DNA of 34,805 bases, from NCBI GenBank assembly GCA_944363815.1, contig CALVVI010000002.1:1-34805 (forward strand), in the 5' to 3' direction. A program made the translations under genes and the position numbers. Positions 1-10,091 of this stretch are shown piece by piece; position 1 is the first letter of the stretch; every line of letters starts with the position of its first letter. This stretch comes from an uncultured Bacilli bacterium (lineage in GTDB: Bacteria > Bacillota_I > Bacilli_A > RF39 > UBA660). The notes under the pieces are model-generated. The model ran no database searches. It was not told the origin of the DNA and saw nothing but the letters and a program-made list of their open reading frames with translations.

Positions 1-7
1 CGCAAGA

Positions 8-172
8 CTAAAAAATAAAAAAACTAGGATTTATGGGGCCTAGTGCAGGATTTTTTACTACAAGTGTCAAAGATGGGGCTCTGTTTTTATTTCCATTATG
101 ATCTACTAATTCTTTAATTGTTTCATATTTTAATTGTTCATTCATTCTTAATTCAACCTTTCTCATATTCAT
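8..172 (-). pseudogene. 54-codon remnant resembling the N-terminal HTH region of an IS-type transposase/integrase, ended by a stop at 10-8
   Basis: The reverse-strand ORF from ATG (172-170) to TAG (10-8) translates MNMRKVELRMNEQLKYETIKELVDHNGNKNRAPSLTLVVKNPALGPINPSFFIF. The KYExIKxLVDxNGNKNRA stretch matches, from memory, the start of HTH-plus-integrase-core transposases common in Firmicutes. Similarity is lost after that stretch. The ORF is too short to appear in the supplied ORF track, and the window edge prevents seeing more. Confidence 0.35.
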
Positions 173-278
173 CACCAAGTGATGTATTCTACATTATTTT
201 TGAGACATAATCAAATACTAACACTTAAGACATTATCACATACTAATCATAGCGAAATACAAAAATACTTAAAAATGA

Positions 279-308
279 TTGACTTGTTATCTTTTCTTGG
301 TGTATAAT
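279..308 (+). promoter_or_regulatory. Sigma-A type promoter for the methyltransferase gene (and possibly rpoBC)
   Basis: TTGACT (279-284), an 18-nt spacer, then TATAAT (303-308). The ORF-track TTG start at 279 is the -35 box itself. Confidence 0.6.
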
Positions 309-338
309 AACTACATATCGAGAAAAGGGGACTGGCCT

Positions 339-938
339 TTGGAACACTATTTTACAAACAATTCGGATTTAAAAAGTGAAATACGCGAACTACCATACAC
401 AATTGCTAACACGGAATTTAAATTTTTGAGCGATAATGGTGTATTTGCTAAAAATAAAATTGACTATGCATCGTCATTTTTAGTAACTTCATTTTTAAAT
501 AATCACCCTGAACTTATGGGTTCCAAGGTTTTAGATGTTGGCTGTGGTTATGGCTTTATAGGTCTAGTGATTGGTAAAATAACTAAAGCTGATGTCGATT
601 TAATAGATGTTAACAAAAGAGCGCTACATTTATGTGAGCGTAATATAAAGATAAATAAAGTAGATAATTGCAATGCCTATTTGAGTGATTGCTATGAGTT
701 AGTTAAAAATAAGTATGATTATATAATAACCAATCCGCCGATAAGGGCCGGAAAAGAAGTTGTAAACAAAATATTGCTAGAGGCTAAAGAGCATTTGAAG
801 AATAATGGCGAATTATGGTGTATTGTTCACAAAGATCAAGGCGCTAAATCGACAAAAAAAACACTAGAAGAGTGTTATAATGTTGAAATAGTAGGAAAAA
901 GCAAAGGTTTTTACTGCTTTAAAGCAAAAATTTGTTGA
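339..938 (+). CDS. Class I SAM-dependent methyltransferase, RsmC/YbxB-like (putative 16S rRNA guanine-N2 methyltransferase)
   Basis: SAM motif I VLDVGCGYGFIG and N-methyltransferase motif IV NPPIRAG are present. The gene sits directly upstream of rpoB, as ybxB does in Bacillus subtilis. The start was moved to TTG 339 (LEHYFTNN...), which lies 7 nt after the RBS AAAGGGGA (324-331). The ORF-track start at 279 overlaps the promoter. Confidence 0.8.
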   Translation: MEHYFTNNSDLKSEIRELPYTIANTEFKFLSDNGVFAKNKIDYASSFLVTSFLNNHPELMGSKVLDVGCGYGFIGLVIGKITKADVDLIDVNKRALHLCERNIKINKVDNCNAYLSDCYELVKNKYDYIITNPPIRAGKEVVNKILLEAKEHLKNNGELWCIVHKDQGAKSTKKTLEECYNVEIVGKSKGFYCFKAKIC

Positions 939-1032
939 CAAAATTCTAATTAGGATATAGAATTTTAAATTGGTGGCATATTTATTTTTTTAAATAGAAA
1001 TAGTCTTAAAAAATTGTGTATGGGGTGATATC

Positions 1033-4000
1033 GTGGCTTATAAAGTAAAAAAATTTGGTGACTATCGTGAAAGAAGAAGTTTTTCGAAAACGAAAAACGT
1101 TTTAGAGTTGAATGATTTACTCGAAATTCAAAAGAAGAGCTATCAACAATTTTTGGATGAAGGAATCAAAGAAATATTTGATGATTTATTTCCAGTAGAA
1201 AGTTTTACTGGTAATATTTCTTTGGAATTTGGGGATTATTATTTTGATGAACCAAGATATTCTATCAAAGAAGCTAAAGAAAGAATGGTTAACTATGCTG
1301 CACCATTGAAGGTCGAAGCGCGTTTGTTCGTGCATGAAACTGGTGAAGTAAAAGAACAAACCATCTTCTTAGGTGACATGCCATTAATGACTGAAGCAGG
1401 AACATTTATCATTAATGGGGCCGAAAGAGTAATTGTTTCCCAACTTGTAAGAAGTCCAAGTGTTTATTTCAAAAAAGAAATTGATAAAAATGGACGTCAT
1501 ATTATAAGTGGAGAATTAATACCTAATAAAGGTACTTGGTTAGAATATGAAACAGATGCTCGTGATGTTTTATATGTTCGTATTGATAGAACTAGGAAAG
1601 TAACAGTAACAACACTTTTACGTGCTTTAGGTTTATCTAGTGATGAAGATATCATTAGTGTTTTTGGTGATAATCAATATATTCAAAATACTTTAGAAAA
1701 AGATAATACTAATAATACTGATGAAGCATTAATTGAAATTTATGAAAAATTAAGACCTGGAGAACCTGCAACTCTAGATTCTTCAAAGAACCAACTTATC
1801 ACAAGATTCTTTGATCGTTTCCGTTATGATTTAGCTAAAGTTGGACGTTATAAATTTAATAAGAAATTAAACGTTTTAGATAGATTATTAGGTCTTACTT
1901 TAGCAGAACCTATAATCGATGGTGATAAAGTTATCGCTGAAAGCGGGACTGTTATTACTAAAGAAATATTAGAACAACTTCGTCCATTATTTGCTAATGG
2001 TTTAAATATTAAAGAAATAGAGATTAATAATGAATTAGATGATTACAATAAAGTTCAAACTGTTAAAGTGGTAGATCCTACTGATGCTAAGAAAACTATT
2101 ACTATAATAGGTACTGATGGTTCTGTAGATGTTCGTCGTCTTACAATACCTGATGTTTATGCATCCCTAAATTATTATATCGGCTTACATTTTGGCATTG
2201 GTTCTGATGATGAAATCGATAACTTAGGAAATCGTCGTGTTCGTCAAGTTGGAGAATTAATTCAAAATCAATTTAGAATTGGTATGGCGAGAATGGAAAG
2301 AGTTATTCGGGAAAGAATGACTACTCAAGATATTGAAACAGTTACCCCAAAGACTTTAATTAATATTCGTCCAGTAACTGCTGCTTTAAAAGAATTCTTT
2401 GGTTCTTCCCAACTTTCTAAGTTCATGGATCAAATCAATCCAATCGCCGAACTTACAGATAAAAGACGTTTATCAAGTCTAGGACCTGGAGGATTATCTC
2501 GTGACCGTGCTGGTATGGATGTTCGTGACGTTAACGCTTCCCACTATGGTCGTATCTGTCCAATTGAATCTCCAGAAGGACAAAACATTGGGCTTATTAC
2601 ATCACTTGCTGGTTATGCTAAAGTTAATGAATATGGTTTCATTATGACTCCATACCGTAAGGTGGATAGTGGTGTTGTAACTGATGAAATCGTTTACATG
2701 ACTGCTGATGAAGAAAAAGATTATTATATTTCGCAAGCAACTATTAAGTTAACTGATAAAAATGAAATTGCTGATGATGAAGTTATTGCTCGTTTGAATG
2801 GTGATACAGTTTATGTTGATAAGATGCACGTTAATTTCGTTGACGTTGCGCCAAGTCAAGTTGTAGCCATTACTACAAGTTGTATTCCATTCCTAGAATT
2901 CGACGATGCTAACCGTACCCTAATGGGTGCAAACATGCAACGTCAAGCAGTACCTTTACTTGAAACTGAAGCACCAATCGTTGGTACTGGTGTTGAATAT
3001 ATTGCTGCAAGAGACTCTGGTTCAACAATCGTATGTAAGGCTGATGGTGTAGTAGATTACGCTGATGGCTTAAAGATTGTAGTTAATGTTGCAAAGGGCA
3101 AAGATACATATTACTTAGCAAACTTTGAAAGAAGTAATGCCTCATCTTGTATTAATCACCGTCCTCTTGTTAAGAAGGGTGATAAAGTCCATCGTGGTCA
3201 AGTTATAGCTGATGGTCCATCAACAGATCAAGGTGAACTTGCTTTAGGTAAGAATATGACTGTTGCTTTCATGACATTTAATGGTTATAACTACGAAGAT
3301 GCTGTTATATTAAATGAAAGATTAGTTAAAGATGATGTTTATACATCACTTCATATTTCGCATTATGATATCGATTGCCGTGATACTAAATTAGGACCTG
3401 AAGAAATTACTAGAGATATTCCAAATGTTGGGGAAGATGCTCGTAAGAATTTGGATGCTGATGGTATTGTTAGAATTGGTACTGAAGTAAAAGAAGGCGA
3501 TATCCTAGTTGGTAAAGTTACACCAAAAGGTGTTCAAGAATTAACTAGCGAAGAAAAATTATTACATGCAATATTTGGTGAAAAGACTCGTGAAGTAAGA
3601 GATACATCACTTCGTGTTGAACATGGTGCTGGTGGTATCGTTCATGATGTTAAAGTTTATACTAAAGAAAACTCTGATGAACTACCTGCTGGTGTATCAA
3701 AAGTAATAAGAGTATATATTATTCAAAAACGTAAGATTCAAGTTGGTGACAAGATGTCTGGTCGTCACGGAAATAAAGGGGTTATCTCACTTATCTTACC
3801 AGAAGAAGATATGCCTTACTTACCAGATGGTCGTCCAGTTGATATCATGTTAAACCCTCTAGGTGTTCCATCTCGTATGAACATCGGTCAAATCCTAGAA
3901 GTGCATTTAGGTATGGCTGGTAAGAAATTAGGAACACATTATGCAACTCCAGTATTCGATGGAGCAACTTGGGCAGATATCATGGAAGAAATGAAAGAAG

Positions 4001-4644
4001 CTGGAATGGCTGAAGATGGTAAAGTTGAACTTCGTGATGGACGTACTGGTGAGGCATTCGATCATCGTATCAATGTTGGGGTAATGTACATGGTAAAACT
4101 ACATCACATGGTTGATGATAAATTACATGCTCGTGCTACAGGGCCTTACTCACTTGTTACACAACAACCACTTGGTGGTAAAGCTCAATTTGGTGGTCAA
4201 AGATTCGGAGAAATGGAAGTTTGGGCACTATATGCTTATGGTGCGTCACACGTCCTACAAGAAATATTGACTGTTAAAGCCGATGATATCACAGGACGTG
4301 TTAAGGTTTATGAATCTTTAGTTAAAGGTAAAGTAATTGATCAGGCCGGAGTACCTGAAAGCTTCAGAGTTCTAGTTAAAGAATTCCAAGCTCTAGGCTT
4401 AGATGTTCAAGTAGTAAATGAAAATGATGAAGTTGTTGAATTTAAAGATATTGAAGAAGATGAAGATGATAATGACGCCTTTAGAATTGAAGAAATAGAT
4501 GTTACAACTAACGATTTAAATCCTGAAGAACCAGAGATAACTGATGAATATATCTTAGATGAAGATGAAGATGATAATTTAGATGATTTAGAATTTCCGG
4601 GTATCGAAGAAGATGAAGACGATACCATGGATGAAGGAAAGTAG
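1033..4644 (+). CDS. rpoB: DNA-directed RNA polymerase subunit beta
   Basis: 1203 aa with a GTG start after GGGGTG. Hallmark segments include [34 protein letters not shown] (RRDR), [13 protein letters not shown] and [13 protein letters not shown]. The C-terminal tail is acidic. Confidence 0.98.
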   Translation: MAYKVKKFGDYRERRSFSKTKNVLELNDLLEIQKKSYQQFLDEGIKEIFDDLFPVESFTGNISLEFGDYYFDEPRYSIKEAKERMVNYAAPLKVEARLFVHETGEVKEQTIFLGDMPLMTEAGTFIINGAERVIVSQLVRSPSVYFKKEIDKNGRHIISGELIPNKGTWLEYETDARDVLYVRIDRTRKVTVTTLLRALGLSSDEDIISVFGDNQYIQNTLEKDNTNNTDEALIEIYEKLRPGEPATLDSSKNQLITRFFDRFRYDLAKVGRYKFNKKLNVLDRLLGLTLAEPIIDGDKVIAESGTVITKEILEQLRPLFANGLNIKEIEINNELDDYNKVQTVKVVDPTDAKKTITIIGTDGSVDVRRLTIPDVYASLNYYIGLHFGIGSDDEIDNLGNRRVRQVGELIQNQFRIGMARMERVIRERMTTQDIETVTPKTLINIRPVTAALKEFFGSSQLSKFMDQINPIAELTDKRRLSSLGPGGLSRDRAGMDVRDVNASHYGRICPIESPEGQNIGLITSLAGYAKVNEYGFIMTPYRKVDSGVVTDEIVYMTADEEKDYYISQATIKLTDKNEIADDEVIARLNGDTVYVDKMHVNFVDVAPSQVVAITTSCIPFLEFDDANRTLMGANMQRQAVPLLETEAPIVGTGVEYIAARDSGSTIVCKADGVVDYADGLKIVVNVAKGKDTYYLANFERSNASSCINHRPLVKKGDKVHRGQVIADGPSTDQGELALGKNMTVAFMTFNGYNYEDAVILNERLVKDDVYTSLHISHYDIDCRDTKLGPEEITRDIPNVGEDARKNLDADGIVRIGTEVKEGDILVGKVTPKGVQELTSEEKLLHAIFGEKTREVRDTSLRVEHGAGGIVHDVKVYTKENSDELPAGVSKVIRVYIIQKRKIQVGDKMSGRHGNKGVISLILPEEDMPYLPDGRPVDIMLNPLGVPSRMNIGQILEVHLGMAGKKLGTHYATPVFDGATWADIMEEMKEAGMAEDGKVELRDGRTGEAFDHRINVGVMYMVKLHHMVDDKLHARATGPYSLVTQQPLGGKAQFGGQRFGEMEVWALYAYGASHVLQEILTVKADDITGRVKVYESLVKGKVIDQAGVPESFRVLVKEFQALGLDVQVVNENDEVVEFKDIEEDEDDNDAFRIEEIDVTTNDLNPEEPEITDEYILDEDEDDNLDDLEFPGIEEDEDDTMDEGK

Positions 4645-4653
4645 GTGGGTTAA

Positions 4654-7600
4654 ATGATAGATGTAAGTAAATTTAAAGGAATAAAAGTAAGTATTGCTTC
4701 CCCTGAAAAGATTCGTTCTTGGTCATACGGTGAAGTTAAGAAACCTGAAACTATCAACTATCGGACCCTAAAGCCTGAAAGAGATGGTTTATTCTGCGAA
4801 AAGATATTCGGACCAACAAAAGACTTCGAATGTAGTTGTGGAAAATACAAGAGATTAAGATATAAAAATATTATTTGTGACCGTTGTGGTGTTGAAGTTA
4901 CACGTTCCAAAGTAAGACGTGAAAGAATGGGGCACATTGAACTTGCTGCTCCTTGCTCTCACATTTGGTTCTTTAAAGGTGTTCCATCTAAAATGGGCCT
5001 TGTTCTAGATATGTCTCCAAGAGATCTAGAAGAAGTATTATACTTTGTTTCATACGTTGTAATTGATCCAGGTAAAGCTCCACTTGAAGTAAAACAAACA
5101 CTTTCTGATAAAGAATATCGTGCTTATTATGAAAAATACGGTAATACCTTCACAGTAGGTATGGGTGCTGAAGCTATTAAAGAACTACTTAAACGAGTAG
5201 ACTTAGATAAAGAAATTGAAGATTTAAGAGCAGAACTTGAAAATACTACTGGCCAAAAGAGAATTCGTTTAGTAAAACGTCTTGATTGTTTAGTAGCATT
5301 CCAAGAAAGTGGCAATAAACCTGAATGGATGGTTCTAGATGTACTACCTGTAATACCTCCAGAACTTCGTCCGATGATCCAACTTGATGGTGGAAGATTT
5401 GCAACAAGTGATTTAAATGATTTATACAGAAGAATTATAAATAGAAATAATCGTTTAAAGAAGTTGCTAGAACTTGGAGCACCAACAATTATTGTTCAAA
5501 ATGAAAAACGTATGCTTCAAGAAGCGGTTGACTCGCTATTTGATAATGGACGTCGTGGTAGAAGTATTACTGCTGCAAGTAATCGTCCACTTAAGAGTTT
5601 ATCTAGCATGCTTAAAGGTAAACAAGGTCGTTTCCGTCAAAACTTGTTAGGTAAAAGAGTTGATTATTCAGGTCGTTCTGTTATCGTTGTTGGACCAAAT
5701 CTTAAGATGTATCAATGTGGTCTACCTAAAGAAATGGCTATCGAGTTATTTAAACCACATGTAATTAATGGTATTGTTGAACGCGGTCTTGCTCATAACA
5801 TTAAAGGCGCTAAGAAATTAATTGATGCTCGTGATGAAGCAGTATGGGATATTGTAGAAGATGTAATTACAGAGTATCCTGTTCTTTTAAACCGTGCTCC
5901 AACTCTACATAGACTTGGTATTCAAGCATTTGAACCAGTTTTAGTTGGTGGTAAAGCAATTCGTCTTCACCCATTAGTATGTACAGCATTTAACGCTGAC
6001 TTCGATGGTGACCAAATGGCTGTTCACGTACCACTTTCTGAAGAAGCAAAAGCTGAAGCTAGAATACTTATGCTTGGTGCTAATAACATATTGAACCCTA
6101 AAGATGGAAAACCAATCGTTACACCTAGCCAAGACATGGTTTTAGGTAACTGTTATCTAACAATCGAATATGCCGGACTTCCAAATGAAGGACACGTATA
6201 TAAAGATCCTAATGAAGCATTGATGGCTTATGAAAGAAGAGAAATTACTCTTCATACTCGTATAGCTATTCCTGTTAATTCATTTAAATATAAATTGTTT
6301 ACTGAAGAACAAAGAGATAAATATTTAGTTACAACAGTTGGTAAAATTAAGTTTAATGAAATATTACCTGATACTTATCCATATGTTAATGAAGGTACTA
6401 AAGAAAACATTGAAGGAGTAACTCCAGATAAATATTTCTTACCAATGGGAGCGAATATTCCAGAAGAAATATCTAAAATGCCATTGGTACAACCATTCAT
6501 TAAAAAAACTCTAGGACAATTAATTGCTCAAGTGTTCAAAAGATATAAGACTACTGAAACATCAATTATGCTTGACAAATTAAAAGATTTAGGTTTCAAA
6601 TATTCAACCGTTGCAGGTGTAACAGTATCAATCGCTGATGTTGTAAGAAGTGATGACAAAGAACAAATTATTGAAAGAGCTAAGGCTAAAGTTGATAAGA
6701 TTAATAAACAATATCAAAGAGGGCTTATAACTGAAACTGAAAGATATGAAAACGTTATTGCCTCATGGAATAACGCAACCGATGAAATTAAAGACGAACT
6801 AGCTGAAATAAGTAAGAATAATTACGATAACCCAATATTTATGATGATGAATAGTGGTGCTCGTGGATCTATTTCGAACTTTACTCAACTTGCTGGAATG
6901 CGTGGACTTATGGCTCGTCCTGATGGTTCTACCGTAGAAATTCCAATCACTTCATCATTTATCGAAGGATTATCCGTTTCTGAATTCTTCTTATCAACTC
7001 ATGGTTCTCGTAAAGGTTCAGCAGATACAGCTCTACGTACTGCTGACTCAGGATACTTAACTCGTCGTTTAGTTGATGTTGCTCAAGATATCATTGTTAA
7101 AGATTACGACTGTGGTTCTGTTCAAGGTTTAGTTGTTTATGACTTAGTAAATGACAAAGATGGAACTATTATCGAACCACTTGCTGAACGTATTTTAGGA
7201 CGTTTTGCATCTAAGAAAATTGTCAATCCAGAAACTAAAGAAGTTATTGTTGAAGCTGGAGAAATGATTACCGAAAATGCCGTTGCTAAAATTACCAAAG
7301 CAGGTATTAAAAAGATCGAAATTAGAAGTGTTCTTACATGTAAATCAAATAATGGTGTATGTCAAAAATGTTACGGACGCAACCTTGCAACTGGTAACCT
7401 AGTTGAAAAGGGTGAAGCAGTTGGTATCATGGCTGCGCAATCAATTGGTGAACCTGGTACTCAGTTAACCATGCGTACATTCCACTCTGGAGGGGTAGCC
7501 CATGGTGGAGATGCCGATATTACTCAAGGGCTTCCAAGAGTTGAAGAATTATTTGAAGCGCGTATGCCAAAAGGTAAAGCAACTATTGCAGAAATCAGTG

Positions 7601-8331
7601 GTAAAGTCATAGGTATTGAAGAACAAAATGGAAAACACCTAATTACTATTGAAAATGAAGCTGGTGTAAGAGAACACGTAACAAATTACAACATGAAGGT
7701 TCGTGTTAGTGTTGGAGACACTGTTGAAGCTGGTGACAAACTTACTGAAGGTGTTATTTCACCAAAAGAATTACTTGCTGTAACAGATCCACTTACTGCT
7801 CAAGAATACATTTTAAAAGAAGTTCAAAAAGTTTATAAATTACAAGGTGTTGATATTTCTGATAAGCACATCGAAATTATCGTTAAGAGAATGATTAATA
7901 AAGTACGTATTACAGATAGTGGTGATACTGACTTTGTCGAAGGTTTAACTGTTTCTCTAAGAGAATTCACTGAAGGAAATAAACCAGTAATTATGGCTGG
8001 TAAAGTTCCTGCTAAAGGAAATCCAATTATGCTTGGTATTACTAAGTCATCTTTGGAAACTGATTCCTTCTTATCTGCAGCCTCATTCCAAGAAACAACT
8101 CGTGTTTTAACTGATGCAGCAATTCATGGTAAAGTAGATAACTTACAAGGATTAAAAGAAAATGTCATTATTGGTAAACTAATTCCAGCAGGAACTGGTT
8201 ATAAACAATATAGTGATATTTCAATTGAACTTGAAAAGGATATCCTAGATGATGATGCTAGTGAAGTTCTAGAAGAAAAATTAATGGATGATGCAGATAT
8301 ATCTATAGATAATTTAAATCTTTCTGAATAA
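4654..8331 (+). CDS. rpoC: DNA-directed RNA polymerase subunit beta-prime
   Basis: 1225 aa. It has the zinc-binding motif [23 protein letters not shown] and the catalytic motif [12 protein letters not shown]. The RBS AGGTGG lies 9 nt after the rpoB stop. Confidence 0.98.
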   Translation: MIDVSKFKGIKVSIASPEKIRSWSYGEVKKPETINYRTLKPERDGLFCEKIFGPTKDFECSCGKYKRLRYKNIICDRCGVEVTRSKVRRERMGHIELAAPCSHIWFFKGVPSKMGLVLDMSPRDLEEVLYFVSYVVIDPGKAPLEVKQTLSDKEYRAYYEKYGNTFTVGMGAEAIKELLKRVDLDKEIEDLRAELENTTGQKRIRLVKRLDCLVAFQESGNKPEWMVLDVLPVIPPELRPMIQLDGGRFATSDLNDLYRRIINRNNRLKKLLELGAPTIIVQNEKRMLQEAVDSLFDNGRRGRSITAASNRPLKSLSSMLKGKQGRFRQNLLGKRVDYSGRSVIVVGPNLKMYQCGLPKEMAIELFKPHVINGIVERGLAHNIKGAKKLIDARDEAVWDIVEDVITEYPVLLNRAPTLHRLGIQAFEPVLVGGKAIRLHPLVCTAFNADFDGDQMAVHVPLSEEAKAEARILMLGANNILNPKDGKPIVTPSQDMVLGNCYLTIEYAGLPNEGHVYKDPNEALMAYERREITLHTRIAIPVNSFKYKLFTEEQRDKYLVTTVGKIKFNEILPDTYPYVNEGTKENIEGVTPDKYFLPMGANIPEEISKMPLVQPFIKKTLGQLIAQVFKRYKTTETSIMLDKLKDLGFKYSTVAGVTVSIADVVRSDDKEQIIERAKAKVDKINKQYQRGLITETERYENVIASWNNATDEIKDELAEISKNNYDNPIFMMMNSGARGSISNFTQLAGMRGLMARPDGSTVEIPITSSFIEGLSVSEFFLSTHGSRKGSADTALRTADSGYLTRRLVDVAQDIIVKDYDCGSVQGLVVYDLVNDKDGTIIEPLAERILGRFASKKIVNPETKEVIVEAGEMITENAVAKITKAGIKKIEIRSVLTCKSNNGVCQKCYGRNLATGNLVEKGEAVGIMAAQSIGEPGTQLTMRTFHSGGVAHGGDADITQGLPRVEELFEARMPKGKATIAEISGKVIGIEEQNGKHLITIENEAGVREHVTNYNMKVRVSVGDTVEAGDKLTEGVISPKELLAVTDPLTAQEYILKEVQKVYKLQGVDISDKHIEIIVKRMINKVRITDSGDTDFVEGLTVSLREFTEGNKPVIMAGKVPAKGNPIMLGITKSSLETDSFLSAASFQETTRVLTDAAIHGKVDNLQGLKENVIIGKLIPAGTGYKQYSDISIELEKDILDDDASEVLEEKLMDDADISIDNLNLSE

Positions 8332-8333
8332 GT

Positions 8334-8362
8334 AAGAGTGCTTTATTAGGCACTCTTTTCTT
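8334..8362 (+). terminator. Rho-independent terminator of rpoBC
   Basis: The stem AAGAGTGC (8334-8341) pairs with GCACTCTT (8350-8357), with an 8-nt loop, followed by TTC TT. Confidence 0.7.
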
Positions 8363-8422
8363 AGCTAATTTTAATACTATAAGTGGGAATTGCCCACTAA
8401 CTACTAGACAGGGGGAAAATAT

Positions 8423-9307
8423 ATGGAATTACAAAAATATTTTAATTTAGAAGAATATGTTGATAAAATAGAATTAACGGATCAAGTTTTAGCCCATTTG
8501 CAAAGTACATCTAAAAGTTTTGATGAATATTTTAAAATACTATCGCAATATGGAAAATATGCAATATATTTTTGGATTGATTCTCTATATAAAGAATTAA
8601 TAGCATCTTCCGAAATAGAAGGAGATCTAATATCTTTAGAACGTTTTAATAATGATTTGTATATTTCTCGTTTTGCTATTAGTCACAGTCGGATTTATGA
8701 CTTACACAAAATATTTATTCCCGATGCTCCAGATGCGTATCGTGATTCAGAAGTTAAAATATCTGGCAAAGAAAATGGCAAAGAAGTGATTTATTGGTGG
8801 GGTCCAGAAGCAGAATCGATAATGCCCTTTATGAAAGATTTCGTTAAATTTTATCAAACTAGCAATATTGAATTAAAATATTCTAATCCTTTTATCAAGT
8901 CATTTTTAGTTCATTTGTTATTTGTTCGTATTCATCCTTTTAAAGATGGCAATGGTCGTACAGCTAGATTACTTCAAAATATTAAATTTGCTCAACTTAT
9001 TAATAGCATTTATGGCACCCGTTTAAAAATATCTCCTTTAAATATCTCTCAAAACATTTTAATAAATAAACCAACATATGCTGATAGGTTAAATGCAGTC
9101 CAATTTAATTTAAACGCTGATGATAATAAAGCCATAAACAGATTTATTGATTATTTATTAAATATGGTTGATGAACAATTATTTTATGCGAAAAATAAAT
9201 TACTCAAATATGCCGAAACTCTTGATAAATGGAGTAATATGTATCCTGATGAAGAATTAGATAAAGAAGCAGAAATTATGCGCCTTAAGAGGATTTTTCA
9301 CAGATGA
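8423..9307 (+). CDS. Fic-domain protein (putative AMPylase/adenylyltransferase) with an in-cis inhibitory helix motif
   Basis: HPFKDGNGRTAR (nt 8933-8968) fits the Fic core HxFx(D/E)GNGRxxR. SSEIEG (nt 8606-8623) fits the inhibitory [ST]xxxE[GN] motif N-terminal to the core, which is the class II architecture. RBS GGGGGA is at 8411-8416. Confidence 0.85.
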   Translation: MELQKYFNLEEYVDKIELTDQVLAHLQSTSKSFDEYFKILSQYGKYAIYFWIDSLYKELIASSEIEGDLISLERFNNDLYISRFAISHSRIYDLHKIFIPDAPDAYRDSEVKISGKENGKEVIYWWGPEAESIMPFMKDFVKFYQTSNIELKYSNPFIKSFLVHLLFVRIHPFKDGNGRTARLLQNIKFAQLINSIYGTRLKISPLNISQNILINKPTYADRLNAVQFNLNADDNKAINRFIDYLLNMVDEQLFYAKNKLLKYAETLDKWSNMYPDEELDKEAEIMRLKRIFHR

Positions 9308-10053
9308 CAATAGAAAAAGTTTACGATTTTACTAACGAAAATTTAATAGATTTATCTAAAATCTATCATTTTGCTGATACCAACATATTGACAGTCTTAG
9401 GTAGTGGAGATCAATATTTTTCTGCGCTACTTGCGGGAGCTAAAAACATTGAAGTGTTCGATATAAATTATTTAACCCTTTATTATTTCATCTTGAAGTT
9501 TACTGCTATTAAAATTTTGTTATATGAAGAATTTATTCAAATGTTTGTAGTTGATAATTTAGATAATTTAAGTATTTATGCTAAATTACGAAATTTTTTG
9601 CCATTAAAGGTTAGTGATTTTTTTGATAACTTAATTCGCTTACAAAGAAAATTTTCATCAATTAAAATACACAATACTATATTTGCTAACACTAAATCCA
9701 AAATTATTTCTTATTTAGAAAAAAGCGAGTATTATCATTTGCAAAGTATTTTAAATAGAACATCGCTACCTAAATTTTACAATTGTAATTTGCTAGAATT
9801 ACCCAATTTTACAACTAAAAAATATGATATAGCCTTATTATCAAATATATATCATTATTTAGCTATTAACCCTAAAGAATATAAGGAATTCCTTAGCAAA
9901 TTAAATTGTTCTGATATACTAGCATTATATACTTGGATTTTATCTGAAGAAGAACAAGCAGAATTTACAAAAAATGGATTTGATATATATCAAATTCCTG
10001 GAGTTTTAAAAAATAATGATTACGTTGTTAGTTTAAGTCGGAAAAGAGTTTAA
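9304..10053 (+). CDS. Uncharacterised protein, probably a Rossmann-fold SAM-binding protein of the DUF3419/BtaA-like type
   Basis: The ATG overlaps the Fic TGA stop (ATGA at 9304-9307). LTVLGSGDQYFSALLAGAKNIEVFDIN resembles a GxGD nucleotide-binding loop with an acidic residue ending strand 2. The C-terminal YDIALLSNIYHYL fits the pattern recalled for DUF3419. The family call is tentative. Confidence 0.45.
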   Translation: MTIEKVYDFTNENLIDLSKIYHFADTNILTVLGSGDQYFSALLAGAKNIEVFDINYLTLYYFILKFTAIKILLYEEFIQMFVVDNLDNLSIYAKLRNFLPLKVSDFFDNLIRLQRKFSSIKIHNTIFANTKSKIISYLEKSEYYHLQSILNRTSLPKFYNCNLLELPNFTTKKYDIALLSNIYHYLAINPKEYKEFLSKLNCSDILALYTWILSEEEQAEFTKNGFDIYQIPGVLKNNDYVVSLSRKRV

Positions 10054-10091
10054 AAAATTTTACATAATATATAATTAAATAGGTGATAAAA

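Noticed and set aside
279-338. N-terminal extensions proposed by the ORF track (starts at 279, 10083, 12973, 13827, 16538, 17159, 23388, 31167, 33793)
   Set aside because: In each case a downstream ATG, GTG or TTG lies 5-7 nt after a clear Shine-Dalgarno sequence. The extension either overlaps a promoter, a terminator or the preceding gene, or adds non-homologous residues.
4407-4628. A 73-aa Ser-rich ORF on the minus strand
   Set aside because: It is the antisense shadow of the GAA/GAT-rich acidic tail of rpoB. Its low-complexity poly-Ser translation is a mirror artefact, and it has no RBS.
4410-4641. The highly acidic C-terminal tail of RpoB, with three EEDEDD-type repeats (near 4453, 4558 and 4604), considered as a possible novel appended domain
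   Set aside because: Acidic C-terminal tails are common in Firmicutes RpoB; B. subtilis RpoB also ends in a D/E-rich extension, as far as I recall. This is therefore not unusual enough to report as a finding.
5127-5315. Short antisense or overlapping ORFs listed in the track (5127-5315, 11621-11854, 14909-15094, 15673-15891, 18457-18660, 21212-21400, 22864-23079, 23843-24133, 29554-29817, 30169-30357)
   Set aside because: All are embedded antisense in confidently identified genes, are 61-96 aa long, have biased composition, and lack ribosome-binding sites.
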